Shown here: positions 9,830-20,656 of the stretch, piece after piece
How the letters are laid out: each line of letters opens with the position of its first letter
Numbering within the stretch: the stretch's first letter is position 1
Origin: Vicinamibacteria bacterium
GTDB taxonomy: Bacteria > Acidobacteriota > Vicinamibacteria > Fen-336
Direction of reading: 5' to 3'
DNA length: 64,000 nucleotides
NCBI GenBank assembly: GCA_041481445.1
Contig: JBGPBV010000004.1
Location: 16,531 to 80,530 of the forward strand
Notes under the pieces: model-generated
What the model saw: only the letters and a program-made list of their open reading frames with translations
Told to the model about the DNA's origin: nothing
Database searches by the model: none
Made by a program: the position numbers and the translations under genes

Positions 9830-11298
9830 AGCTGGTCCTCTTCAACCCGAAGAGCAACGCGTCCGGCAAGCGCGTCCTGCCCTTCTCGCTCCTGGCGCTG
9901 GGGGCGGTGCTGGAGGGCCGCCACGAGTACGCGATCGTGGACGGCAACGGGGAGGACGATCCGGAAGGGCTCCTGCGGCGGCACGTGGCGGAGGGCGCGC
10001 GCGTCCTCGGCATCACCGCCATGCCCGGTCCCCAGCTCGCGGCCGCCGTGCGCGCGTCGCGGACCCTCAAGGCCGGGTTCCCGGACCTGACCACGGTCTG
10101 GGGCGGGTACTTTCCGACGGAGCACCCCGAGGTCTGCCTGGGCTCGGACCACGTGGACTACGTCGTGCGCGGCCACGGCGAGGAGCCCTTCGTGCGCCTC
10201 CTCGACGCGCTCGACCGTGGCGAGGCGCCCCCGCCCGTCCCCGGGCTGGCCTGGCGCACGGCGGGCGGCGTCGTCCGCTCGGCGCCGGTGGCGCCCGTGC
10301 CCGACCCGCAGGAGCTGCCGCCCTTCCCGCTCGGCCGCCTCGACGTGGCCGCCTACCTGCGCCGCACCTTCCTCGGCCGCCGCACCCTCGGCTACCACTC
10401 GAGCTATGGCTGTCCCTTCGTCTGCAACTTCTGCGGCGTGGTGAGCCTGGTCGGGGGGCGCTGGCGCGCGCAGTCGGCGGAGCGGGTGGCGGCGGCGGTG
10501 AAGGACTACGTGGACACCTGGGGCGTGGACGCCGTCGAGCTCTACGACAACAACTTCTTCACCGCCGAGGAGCGCACGCGCGAGTTCGCCGCGCGCATCC
10601 TGCCCCTCCGGCTGTCGTGGTGGGGCGAGGGGCGCATCGACACCCTCCTCAGGTACGCGCCCTCGACCTGGGAGACGCTGCGCGCCTCCGGCCTGCGCAT
10701 GGTCTTCCTGGGCGCGGAGTCGGGGTCGGCGGACACGCTGCGGCGGATGGACAAGGGCGGCACCCTCACCCCGGAGATGACCCTCGACCTCGCCCTGCTC
10801 CTGCGCGATCGCGGCATCGTGCCGGAGTTCTCGTTCGTGGTCGGCAACCCGCCGGAGCCGGAAGAGGACACCGCGCGCACGCTCGAGCTGGTGCGTCGGA
10901 TCAAGCGCGTGCACGCCGCCTCCGAGATCATCCTGTACCACTACACGCCGGTGCCGGTGGCGGGGGCGCTCCTGGACTCCGCGCGCGCGGGAGGGTTCCG
11001 CTTCCCGGAGACCCTCGACGAGTGGGCCTCCGGCCACTGGCAGCGGGTGGCCCTCCGGCGCGGGGCCGGCCTGCCCTGGCTCCACGGGGGCTGGCGCGAG
11101 CGGGTCCGCGACTTCGAGCGCGTGCTCAACGCCTACTATCCGACCAGCACCGACGCCCGGCTGACGCGATGGCGCCGCCGCCTCCTGCGCGCGGCCAGCT
11201 CCTGGCGCTACCACGCGCGGTTCTACCGGTTCCCGCTCGAGCTGCGCGCGCTGCAGTGGGCCTTCCGCTACCAGCGGCCGGAGACGGCCGGGTTTTGA
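9826..11298 (+). CDS. B12-binding-domain radical SAM protein (paralog 3)
   Basis: TTGA overlap (TTG start). Motifs LVLFNPKSNA, TVWGGYFPTEHPE, VRGHGEEP, SSYGCPFVCNFCGV, LYDNNFF. 490 aa. Confidence 0.88.
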   Translation: MKLVLFNPKSNASGKRVLPFSLLALGAVLEGRHEYAIVDGNGEDDPEGLLRRHVAEGARVLGITAMPGPQLAAAVRASRTLKAGFPDLTTVWGGYFPTEHPEVCLGSDHVDYVVRGHGEEPFVRLLDALDRGEAPPPVPGLAWRTAGGVVRSAPVAPVPDPQELPPFPLGRLDVAAYLRRTFLGRRTLGYHSSYGCPFVCNFCGVVSLVGGRWRAQSAERVAAAVKDYVDTWGVDAVELYDNNFFTAEERTREFAARILPLRLSWWGEGRIDTLLRYAPSTWETLRASGLRMVFLGAESGSADTLRRMDKGGTLTPEMTLDLALLLRDRGIVPEFSFVVGNPPEPEEDTARTLELVRRIKRVHAASEIILYHYTPVPVAGALLDSARAGGFRFPETLDEWASGHWQRVALRRGAGLPWLHGGWRERVRDFERVLNAYYPTSTDARLTRWRRRLLRAASSWRYHARFYRFPLELRALQWAFRYQRPETAGF

Positions 11299-11984
11299 GC
11301 CCCTGGGGACCATGGCCGCGTGACGGCGAGACACCCGCCCTCGACGTCTCCACCGGGTACGCGCTGTGGGCCCCGACCTATCCGCGCAGCGCCACCAACG
11401 AGCTCATGCGCCTCGAGCAGCGCGAGATGCTGCGGCTGCTGCCTCCCCTGCGCGACGCGGCCGTGCTCGACCTGGGCTGCGGCAGCGGCCGCTATCTGTC
11501 GTTGACCGCGCCGGGTCGCGCACGCTTCGCCGTGGGCTTCGACTCCTCTCCCGCGATGCTGGCCCGCGCGCGGGAGACGGGAGCGGCGCTGGTGCAGGCT
11601 GCGCTGCCGTCGCTTCCCCTGCGCGCGGGAGTCTTCGACGTCGTCTTGTGCGGGCTGGTGGTGGGGCATCTGCCCGACCTCCGGGCGGTGATGCACGAGA
11701 TCGCTCGCGTCCTGCGGCCGGGCGGGGTGGCGCTCTACTCCGACGTCCATCCCGACGGCGCCCGACTCGGGTGGCGGCGGACGTTCGTGGCTCCGGACGC
11801 CACCGAGTACGCGATCCGCCACTTCGTGCACACCCTCGATGAGCATCGGGCCGCCTGCGCGGCCGCCGGCCTGCTCATCGAGGAGATCGCGGAGCCACGG
11901 GTGGAGCAGGCCGAGAGGTGGCGCGGCACGCCGGCGGTGCTCGTCGTGCGCGCGCGGCGTGGCGCTGCCGGCCCGCGCGGTTGA
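11295..11984 (+). CDS. class I SAM-dependent methyltransferase
   Basis: TTGA overlap (TTG start; a downstream ATG at ~11406 is the alternative). Motif I is VLDLGCGSGRYL. Also has DVVLCGLVVGHL and LRPGGVALYSD. Confidence 0.8.
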   Translation: MSPWGPWPRDGETPALDVSTGYALWAPTYPRSATNELMRLEQREMLRLLPPLRDAAVLDLGCGSGRYLSLTAPGRARFAVGFDSSPAMLARARETGAALVQAALPSLPLRAGVFDVVLCGLVVGHLPDLRAVMHEIARVLRPGGVALYSDVHPDGARLGWRRTFVAPDATEYAIRHFVHTLDEHRAACAAAGLLIEEIAEPRVEQAERWRGTPAVLVVRARRGAAGPRG

Positions 11985-13180
11985 AGGGCGGAGGCCCGCG
12001 GTCGCGGCTGCGGGGCGCGGGGGTGTGGGACGCCGGACGCGTCCGGAAGGGCGACCTCATCGTGCGGGGCGATCGGATCGCCGCGCCGGCCGACCTCGGT
12101 CCCGGAGGGGCCGAGCACGAGGTGGACCTCGCCGGGCGCGTGGTGCTCGCCGGTCTCGTCAACGCCCACGACCATCTGGACTTCTCCACGTTCCCGGCGC
12201 TGGGCCGTCCCCCGTACGCGAGCGTCTACGAATGGGCGGACGACGTGAACGCGGGCGCCCGCGATCCCGCCGTGGCCGCCGCGCTGGAGGTGCCGCTGCC
12301 GGATCGGCTGTTCCTGGGCGGCCTGCGCAACCTGCTCGCGGGCGCCACCGCCGTCGCCCACCACAACCCGTTCCACCGCGCCCTGGCCCGGCCGGACTTC
12401 CCCGTCCGCGTTCTCGCGCGCTACCAGTTCGCGCACTCGCCGGGCCTGACGCCGGAGCTGTGGCGGACCTACCGCACGACCGACCGCCGCATTCCGTGGA
12501 TGATCCACGCCGGGGAAGGCACGGACGAGCGGTGCCGGGGCGAGCTGGGCCGTCTGGAAAACGCGAACGTCCTGCGCCAGAACACGGTTATCATCCACGG
12601 AATCGCCTTCAGCGGCGCGGAGGCCGAGCGCATGGCGGCCGCGGGAGCCTGCGTGGTGTGGTGCCCGGAATCGAACCGTCACCTCTACGGCGTGACCGCG
12701 GACGTCGCGCGGTTGCGCACGGCCGGCGTGCGCGTCGGGCTGGGCAGCGACAGCCCGGCCTCGGGCGTGCGCGATCCGCTCTCGAACCTGGCCGCGGCGC
12801 GGGCGGAGCGGGTGCTCGACGACACGGAGCTGGTCTCCCTGGCCACCACCGCCAGCGGGGAGGTGGCCCGGCTGCCGGTCGGAGGGACCGAGACGGGACA
12901 GCCCGCCGACCTCGTGGCCGTCGATTCGATGGAGGCCTGGCTGCAGGGAGACCGCCGCACGCTGGCCCTGGTCACGGTGGCCGGGCGGCCGCTCTATGGC
13001 GAGCCCGGCCTGCTCGAGGGGCTGGGCGTTCGGTTCCGGGCCGTGACCGTCGAGGGGGCTCCCCGTGCCCTGGAGGCGCGGCTGGCCGCCCGCGCGTCCG
13101 GGCTCGTGCGGCGGCATCCGGCCCTGGCCCGCGTGGCCTGGCTGCACGGTGTGGCATTCGACCAGGAGGAAGCGACATGA
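11981..13180 (+). CDS. amidohydrolase-superfamily metal-dependent hydrolase
   Basis: TTGA overlap (TTG start; the exact start is uncertain). Has the HxH motif GLVNAHDHLD, IHAGEG, and a later GSDS segment typical of the amidohydrolase fold. Confidence 0.8.
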   Translation: MKGGGPRSRLRGAGVWDAGRVRKGDLIVRGDRIAAPADLGPGGAEHEVDLAGRVVLAGLVNAHDHLDFSTFPALGRPPYASVYEWADDVNAGARDPAVAAALEVPLPDRLFLGGLRNLLAGATAVAHHNPFHRALARPDFPVRVLARYQFAHSPGLTPELWRTYRTTDRRIPWMIHAGEGTDERCRGELGRLENANVLRQNTVIIHGIAFSGAEAERMAAAGACVVWCPESNRHLYGVTADVARLRTAGVRVGLGSDSPASGVRDPLSNLAAARAERVLDDTELVSLATTASGEVARLPVGGTETGQPADLVAVDSMEAWLQGDRRTLALVTVAGRPLYGEPGLLEGLGVRFRAVTVEGAPRALEARLAARASGLVRRHPALARVAWLHGVAFDQEEAT

Positions 13181-14346
13181 TGATGAAGCGCGTCGTCGTG
13201 CTGGCGGTCACGGGCCTGGCCATGGTGGCGGCTCGTCCCGCCCAGGCCATTCCCGCCTTCGCGCGCCGCTACCAGGTGGAGTGCCACTTCTGTCACGACG
13301 GCTACCCCAAGCTCAACCGCATGGGGGAGCGCTTCAAGGAGCGCGGCTTCCGCATGGAGAAGGAGGACGCGTTCGAGCTCGACAAGTGGGCGCGCACCGT
13401 CCCCGTGGCCGTGCGCGGCACCTACACGCACTACTTCATCGAGAACTTCGACGACTCCGACACCGGGTTCATCAAGGGCATCAGCGCGGGCAGCCTCGGC
13501 CGCCACGTGTCGTACTGGGTGGACGACGGCCTCCTCATCACCAAGGACGAGACCACGCACTCCAAGCCCGACAACGCCTGGGCCCGCATCGAGGTCGTGC
13601 AGGGGGGGAAGCTCTACCTCAAGGGCGGCCGGCTGGAGATGGACCTCCCGTTCACCCAGGCGCGCACCCCCCACCTGTTCCCCTACGACGTCTACTTCGC
13701 GAACACGGGGTCCGAGCGCGACACCATCGGTGACTTCCAGGACGGGGTCGAGGTCGGGGGATACGTGCCGCAGCAGGACCTCCACTGGTCGGTGGCGGTG
13801 GTGAACGGCCACGACGCCCCGGGCGCGGAGGACGTGAACGACCGCACCGAGCGGTTCGACGCGAACGTCTTCCTCCGGCTGTCCAAGCGCATCAACCGTC
13901 ACCGCGTGGGCGGCTTCGCCTACATCGGCCGCAACGTCCTCGCGCAGTCGGCGACCATCGCCGCCGACGACTCCCTGCTGCGGCTGGGCGCGGACGTGAA
14001 CCTCTGGTACCGCCGGCTCAACGTCTACGGCGTGGGCATGTACGGCCGCAACAGCAACTCGATCCTGTCCGCGCGATCCCCCTCCGGCACCCACCAGTCG
14101 CTCAGCTACGGGGGCGGCTTCCTGCAGATGGACTGGCACGCGCGGGACATCCTGGTCCTGACCTTGCGCGGCAACCTGGTCAGCCGTCCTCCGGCCGGCA
14201 CCGCCCTCGACAACGTCACCTTCGCGAGCCTGTTTCCGGGCGTGCAGGTCTTCGTGCTCCAGCGGGTAAAGCTCGCGTTCGAGTACGGGTTCAACAACCG
14301 CGACCTGGGGGACATCGGCGCGGTCCAGGTGGGCCTCGCCTTCTGA
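13177..14346 (+). CDS. secreted outer-membrane beta-barrel-like protein with N-terminal CxxCH motif
   Basis: ATGA overlap. Signal peptide MMMKRVVVLAVTGLAMVAARPAQA, followed by IPAFARRYQVECHFCHDGYPKLN. Alternating-hydrophobic strands throughout. The C-terminus ...AVQVGLAF ends in Phe, as in an OMP beta-signal. Confidence 0.75.
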   Translation: MMMKRVVVLAVTGLAMVAARPAQAIPAFARRYQVECHFCHDGYPKLNRMGERFKERGFRMEKEDAFELDKWARTVPVAVRGTYTHYFIENFDDSDTGFIKGISAGSLGRHVSYWVDDGLLITKDETTHSKPDNAWARIEVVQGGKLYLKGGRLEMDLPFTQARTPHLFPYDVYFANTGSERDTIGDFQDGVEVGGYVPQQDLHWSVAVVNGHDAPGAEDVNDRTERFDANVFLRLSKRINRHRVGGFAYIGRNVLAQSATIAADDSLLRLGADVNLWYRRLNVYGVGMYGRNSNSILSARSPSGTHQSLSYGGGFLQMDWHARDILVLTLRGNLVSRPPAGTALDNVTFASLFPGVQVFVLQRVKLAFEYGFNNRDLGDIGAVQVGLAF

Positions 14347-14353
14347 CGGACGA

Positions 14354-16141
14354 CTGAGCTCGACCTGGGCGGCCGCGGCGCGGGCGGCCGCCGCCGTCCT
14401 CCTCGCCGCGCACCTTGTCTGGAGCCTCGCCCCCGCCCTGGGCGAGATCCGTACCGACTTCGGAAACTACTACCTCCCCGCGCGCGCCGTCCTCGAGGGG
14501 CGAGGGCTCGATCGCGCCTACGAACGCGCCTGGTTCGACCGCGAGGCAGGGGCCGCCTCTCTGCCCCTGGGCTCGTTCGTCCCGCAGCCGCCGCCCGCCG
14601 CGCTCTTCCTCCTCCCCCTGGCCTGGCTCCCGCCACCGGCGGCCAGGACGGCCTGGACCATGGTGCTGGCCGCGTCGCTCGTCCTTTCGTTCCTGGTGCT
14701 GCGGCGGCTCGTCCCCCTTCCGCCGGCGGTGCTCGCGATCCTGTTCCTCCTCCCGACGGCCTCCCTCCGCAACGCGCTCCTGTACGGGCAGCCCTATCCG
14801 CTCTTGCTCCTGCTCGTGTGTCTCGCCCTGCGGGCCGCGCGGCGCGATCGCCCGGCCGCGGCCGGCCTCTGGCTCGCGCCCGTCCTCGCGCTCAAGCTCT
14901 ACGGCGCCCCGTTCCTGCTCTACCTGGCCTGGCGGCGCCAGTGGCGCGCGCTGGTGGGAGCCCTCGCCGGAACGGCCCTGATCCTGGCCGGGGCCGTGGC
15001 CATCCTGGGCTGGAGGGTCCACGCCGCGTACGTCCGCGAGGTCCTGCCCGCGAGCCTGGCCGGGCGCATCCAGGACCCGTACTCCCCGAAGTGGCAGACC
15101 GCCACCAGCCTCGCGCACCGCCTGTTCCAGCGCGAGAGCGACCTCAACCCGGAGCCGGTCGCCGACCGGCCGGCCCTGGCGCGCGGCCTGGCCGCCGCCC
15201 TCCCGGCCGCCATCGCGCTGGCCGGGGTCCTCGCCGCCGCCGCCACCCCCGACCTGGCGCGCGCCTGGGCGATCCTGGTCGCCGCCTCCCTGGCCGCCTC
15301 GCCCATGGCCGTCACTTATCACTTCGTCCTCCTCGTCCTGCCGGTGGCGGTCCTGCTGTCGGCGGCGGACCTCGGTCCGCGGGCGCGCGCGATCGTGGTG
15401 ATCGCGTTCGTGTTCGCCACGTCGCCGGCGCCGCACTACTTCGGCCGCTTCGCCTCCGGATGGGGCAACCTCCTGGCCTATCCGCGCCTGGTCGCCACGC
15501 TCGTCATCCTGGCCCTCGCGGCGGCCGGGAGGCTCTCGCGGCGCGCCTTCGGGGGCGCGCTGGCGGCGGCGGGCGCGGTCGGTCTGGTGGCGGCCTTGCG
15601 GACGCCGCCGGAGGAGCGCTGGACGCGCGTGGAGCCGGCGCACGGCTACCTCGCCGCCGACCCCCAGGCCTGCGCGGGCGGGCTCGGCTGGCTCACCGTC
15701 GCGGGGGATCGGCTGGTCCGCGTCTGGTCGGGACAGCCCTGCCCCGCGCGCGTCCTCCCTCCCGGCGCCGACGAGGCCGTCCGGAACGCGTGGGAGCAAG
15801 GCGACGCCGACCTCGCGGAGGGCGTCGCCGTGTACGTCGACGGACAAGGCGACCTGCGGGCCCGGGCGGAGGGCCGGGAGCGCATCCTGCTGCGCGGGCC
15901 GGCGCGCCATCCGCGTCTCGCGCCCGACCGGGCGTGGGTCGCCGTGCAGGCCTGGCGTGGCTCGTGGGACCTCTGGGCGGTGGAGCTCGCGACCGGGCGC
16001 GCGCGGGCGCTCACGCACGACGCGGCCGGGGAGCTCGATCCCTCCTGGGAGCCCGACGGCCGCGGCCTCGTCTTCGCCTCGGACCGCCGTCGCGGCCTGG
16101 GCTCGACCGCCCTCTATCGCATCCCGTTCGGGCCGGAGTGA
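14354..16141 (+). CDS. GT87/DUF2029-like polytopic glycosyltransferase (GT-C type) fused to C-terminal PD40/TolB-like repeats; start non-canonical or uncertain
   Basis: The ORF track starts at ATG 14660, but the frame is open from 14270. Codons 14354-14659 encode a TM helix plus IRTDFGNYYLPARAVLEG, a family-like N-terminus, with no ATG/GTG/TTG. CTG at 14354 is the only near-cognate candidate. The C-terminus has DPSWEPDGRGLVFASDR (PD40). Confidence 0.7.
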   Translation: MSSTWAAAARAAAAVLLAAHLVWSLAPALGEIRTDFGNYYLPARAVLEGRGLDRAYERAWFDREAGAASLPLGSFVPQPPPAALFLLPLAWLPPPAARTAWTMVLAASLVLSFLVLRRLVPLPPAVLAILFLLPTASLRNALLYGQPYPLLLLLVCLALRAARRDRPAAAGLWLAPVLALKLYGAPFLLYLAWRRQWRALVGALAGTALILAGAVAILGWRVHAAYVREVLPASLAGRIQDPYSPKWQTATSLAHRLFQRESDLNPEPVADRPALARGLAAALPAAIALAGVLAAAATPDLARAWAILVAASLAASPMAVTYHFVLLVLPVAVLLSAADLGPRARAIVVIAFVFATSPAPHYFGRFASGWGNLLAYPRLVATLVILALAAAGRLSRRAFGGALAAAGAVGLVAALRTPPEERWTRVEPAHGYLAADPQACAGGLGWLTVAGDRLVRVWSGQPCPARVLPPGADEAVRNAWEQGDADLAEGVAVYVDGQGDLRARAEGRERILLRGPARHPRLAPDRAWVAVQAWRGSWDLWAVELATGRARALTHDAAGELDPSWEPDGRGLVFASDRRRGLGSTALYRIPFGPE

Positions 16142-16151
16142 CGCCGGGGCT

Positions 16152-18860
<2,709 letters not shown>

Positions 18861-18901
18861 GTGCAGGAGTCTATGCCAGCCCCGCCGCGATCGCCGTACC
18901 C

Positions 18902-20623
18902 TCAGTGAGCGTCCTCCACGCTCAGCGGAGGCCCGATCGCGAGATCGTCGATCCACAGCGTGCCGCGCGCGCCCGGTGCCAGGATGGCCTCGTCGAGGTG
19001 CAGGTAGAGGCCGACGACGTGGTGGAGATCGGGGCCGCCCGGCCGGTGATCGTAGGTCTTGAGGGCCGAAAGCGGCACCACCACCTCCGTCCATTCCGGC
19101 TCCGCCCGGACCGAGCGCCTCCAGGTCCGGAGCGGAGGATCCTGACCGGGAGACTCCGTGCGCACCTGGAGATCGAAGCGCATCGTCCGCTCGGCGCGGA
19201 CGCGGAAGACGACGGCGGAGGCGCGGGAGAGGTCGAGGGGCTTCCAGCGCACGAGGTCGGCGTGCGTGGGCGCGCGCGGCCCCAGCGCGAAATCGAAGCG
19301 CAAGGCCTCGTCCTCGATCCGCCACGCGCCCGCGGCGTCGAGGGATCGGTCGATCTGCCATTCGGGGCCGGCCGGCCGCGCGAAGTCGTCCAGGATGCCC
19401 AGGGGCCCGGGCCAGCTCGCGGCCGGGGACACCGGTGGGCGCGCGCGCCGCGCGGCGCGCGCGGCGAGGACGTCCGAAGGAAACAGGGAGACGGGGTTCG
19501 AGATCACCCAGGGCAGCGGATCCGGCCCCGCGCCGGCCGGCGCTCCCGCCAGGTACGCCTCCACGCGGTACACGCCGGCCTCGCCGGTGGTGAAGTCGAG
19601 GCGCTCGCCCTCCGCGATGCGCGACCCGTCGCGGAGGAGAACCAGCCGGGCGCCGGGGACGCCGCCGGCGTCGGCGGTGAGCCTGGCCTCGCCGGCCAGG
19701 GGAAGGTCGTCGCCGGGTCCGGCCCGCGCGCCGCCACTCTCGGCGGCGAAGGAGAAGCGGGAGGCGTCGCCCATCGCGTCCACCGCCACGTAGCCGCGGC
19801 CGCGCCGCAGCGCGTCGAGCACGGCCGCGGTGTCGGCGGCCGCCTCGCCGGTGAGCGGCCGGTCCAGCCGCAGGTGCTGCGACGCCAGGCCGAAGATGTG
19901 GCGGTGGGTCGGGAAGGGCAGGAAGTGCGACCCCGCGCGCAGGCCGCCGTGCGCATCGGTCCCGAGGAGGCCGGCCAGCGGACGCGCAGCGAGCTCCTGG
20001 TCCCACGACCGGAGCGCGTCGCGCGAGAAGGCGAACCCGCGCAGGAGGGACCACGTGGGGTCCAGGCCGTAGCCGGCGAGCAACGGCACCGCGCGAAGGC
20101 CGGGGCGAGGCCAGCTCTCGGGCTGGCCGAAGTTCAGGACCTCGATGCCGTCGATCCCGTCCCATCCGCCCGACCAGCCCCGCTCGGGATCGGTCGAGGC
20201 CGGGTGGGCCGCCACCACGAACCCGCCCAGCCCCTGGGCGTCGCGGGCCACCTCGCGGGGATCGCCGTCGAGCCCGAAGGGGATCGGGCCCGTGCCCAGC
20301 ACCAGCGCGTGGCCGGCGTCCGTCGACTTCTCCATGCCGCCGATGACGAGCACGCCGTCGCGGTAGCCGGCCTCGGGCAGGGCGGCCTGCGTATTGTGGT
20401 CGGTCACGACCACGAACTGGAGATGCCGGGCGCGCGCGGCGCGCGCGACGTCCTCCACCGTGCCGCGGCCGTCCCGCGAGAACCCGGTGTGGACGTGGGT
20501 GGCCCCCCGGACGCCAAACGGCGGCACGGACCGCGCGCCCGCCGGTTTGAGGTCGCGCACGGTGAGGGTGGCCAGGAGGGCCAGGCCCGCCGCGGTCACA
20601 CCCAGAGCGGTCTTGGCGTTCAT
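18902..20623 (-). CDS. secreted PHP-domain (CehA/McbA-like) metallohydrolase with C-terminal CIA30/CBM-like domain
   Basis: Start is MNAKTALGVTAAGLALLATL (signal/anchor). PHP motifs: ATHVHTGFSRDG, VVVTDHN, GTDAHGG. The C-terminal beta-sandwich-like region ending WIDDLAI is an inferred domain. Confidence 0.75.
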   Translation of the reverse strand: MNAKTALGVTAAGLALLATLTVRDLKPAGARSVPPFGVRGATHVHTGFSRDGRGTVEDVARAARARHLQFVVVTDHNTQAALPEAGYRDGVLVIGGMEKSTDAGHALVLGTGPIPFGLDGDPREVARDAQGLGGFVVAAHPASTDPERGWSGGWDGIDGIEVLNFGQPESWPRPGLRAVPLLAGYGLDPTWSLLRGFAFSRDALRSWDQELAARPLAGLLGTDAHGGLRAGSHFLPFPTHRHIFGLASQHLRLDRPLTGEAAADTAAVLDALRRGRGYVAVDAMGDASRFSFAAESGGARAGPGDDLPLAGEARLTADAGGVPGARLVLLRDGSRIAEGERLDFTTGEAGVYRVEAYLAGAPAGAGPDPLPWVISNPVSLFPSDVLAARAARRARPPVSPAASWPGPLGILDDFARPAGPEWQIDRSLDAAGAWRIEDEALRFDFALGPRAPTHADLVRWKPLDLSRASAVVFRVRAERTMRFDLQVRTESPGQDPPLRTWRRSVRAEPEWTEVVVPLSALKTYDHRPGGPDLHHVVGLYLHLDEAILAPGARGTLWIDDLAIGPPLSVEDAH

Positions 20624-20635
20624 GTGCCGCCATCT

Positions 20636-20644
20636 TGGTATAAT
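20636..20644 (+). promoter_or_regulatory. extended -10 promoter element TGGTATAAT
   Basis: A perfect TGnTATAAT sits in a ~70% GC background. The TATAAT ends 12 nt before the GAF-protein ATG (20657), implying a near-leaderless transcript. Confidence 0.45.
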
Positions 20645-20656
20645 CCTGGTTCCGCG

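Noticed and set aside
1-14346. The radical SAM operon as a RiPP (polytheonamide/proteusin-like) cluster.
   Set aside because: No short precursor ORF, leader-peptide protease, RRE-like domain or transporter of the usual RiPP type is visible. Gene junctions leave no room for a small ORF. The flippase, GT-C and barrel genes point to the envelope. This is not fully excluded, because the operon's 5' end is outside the window.
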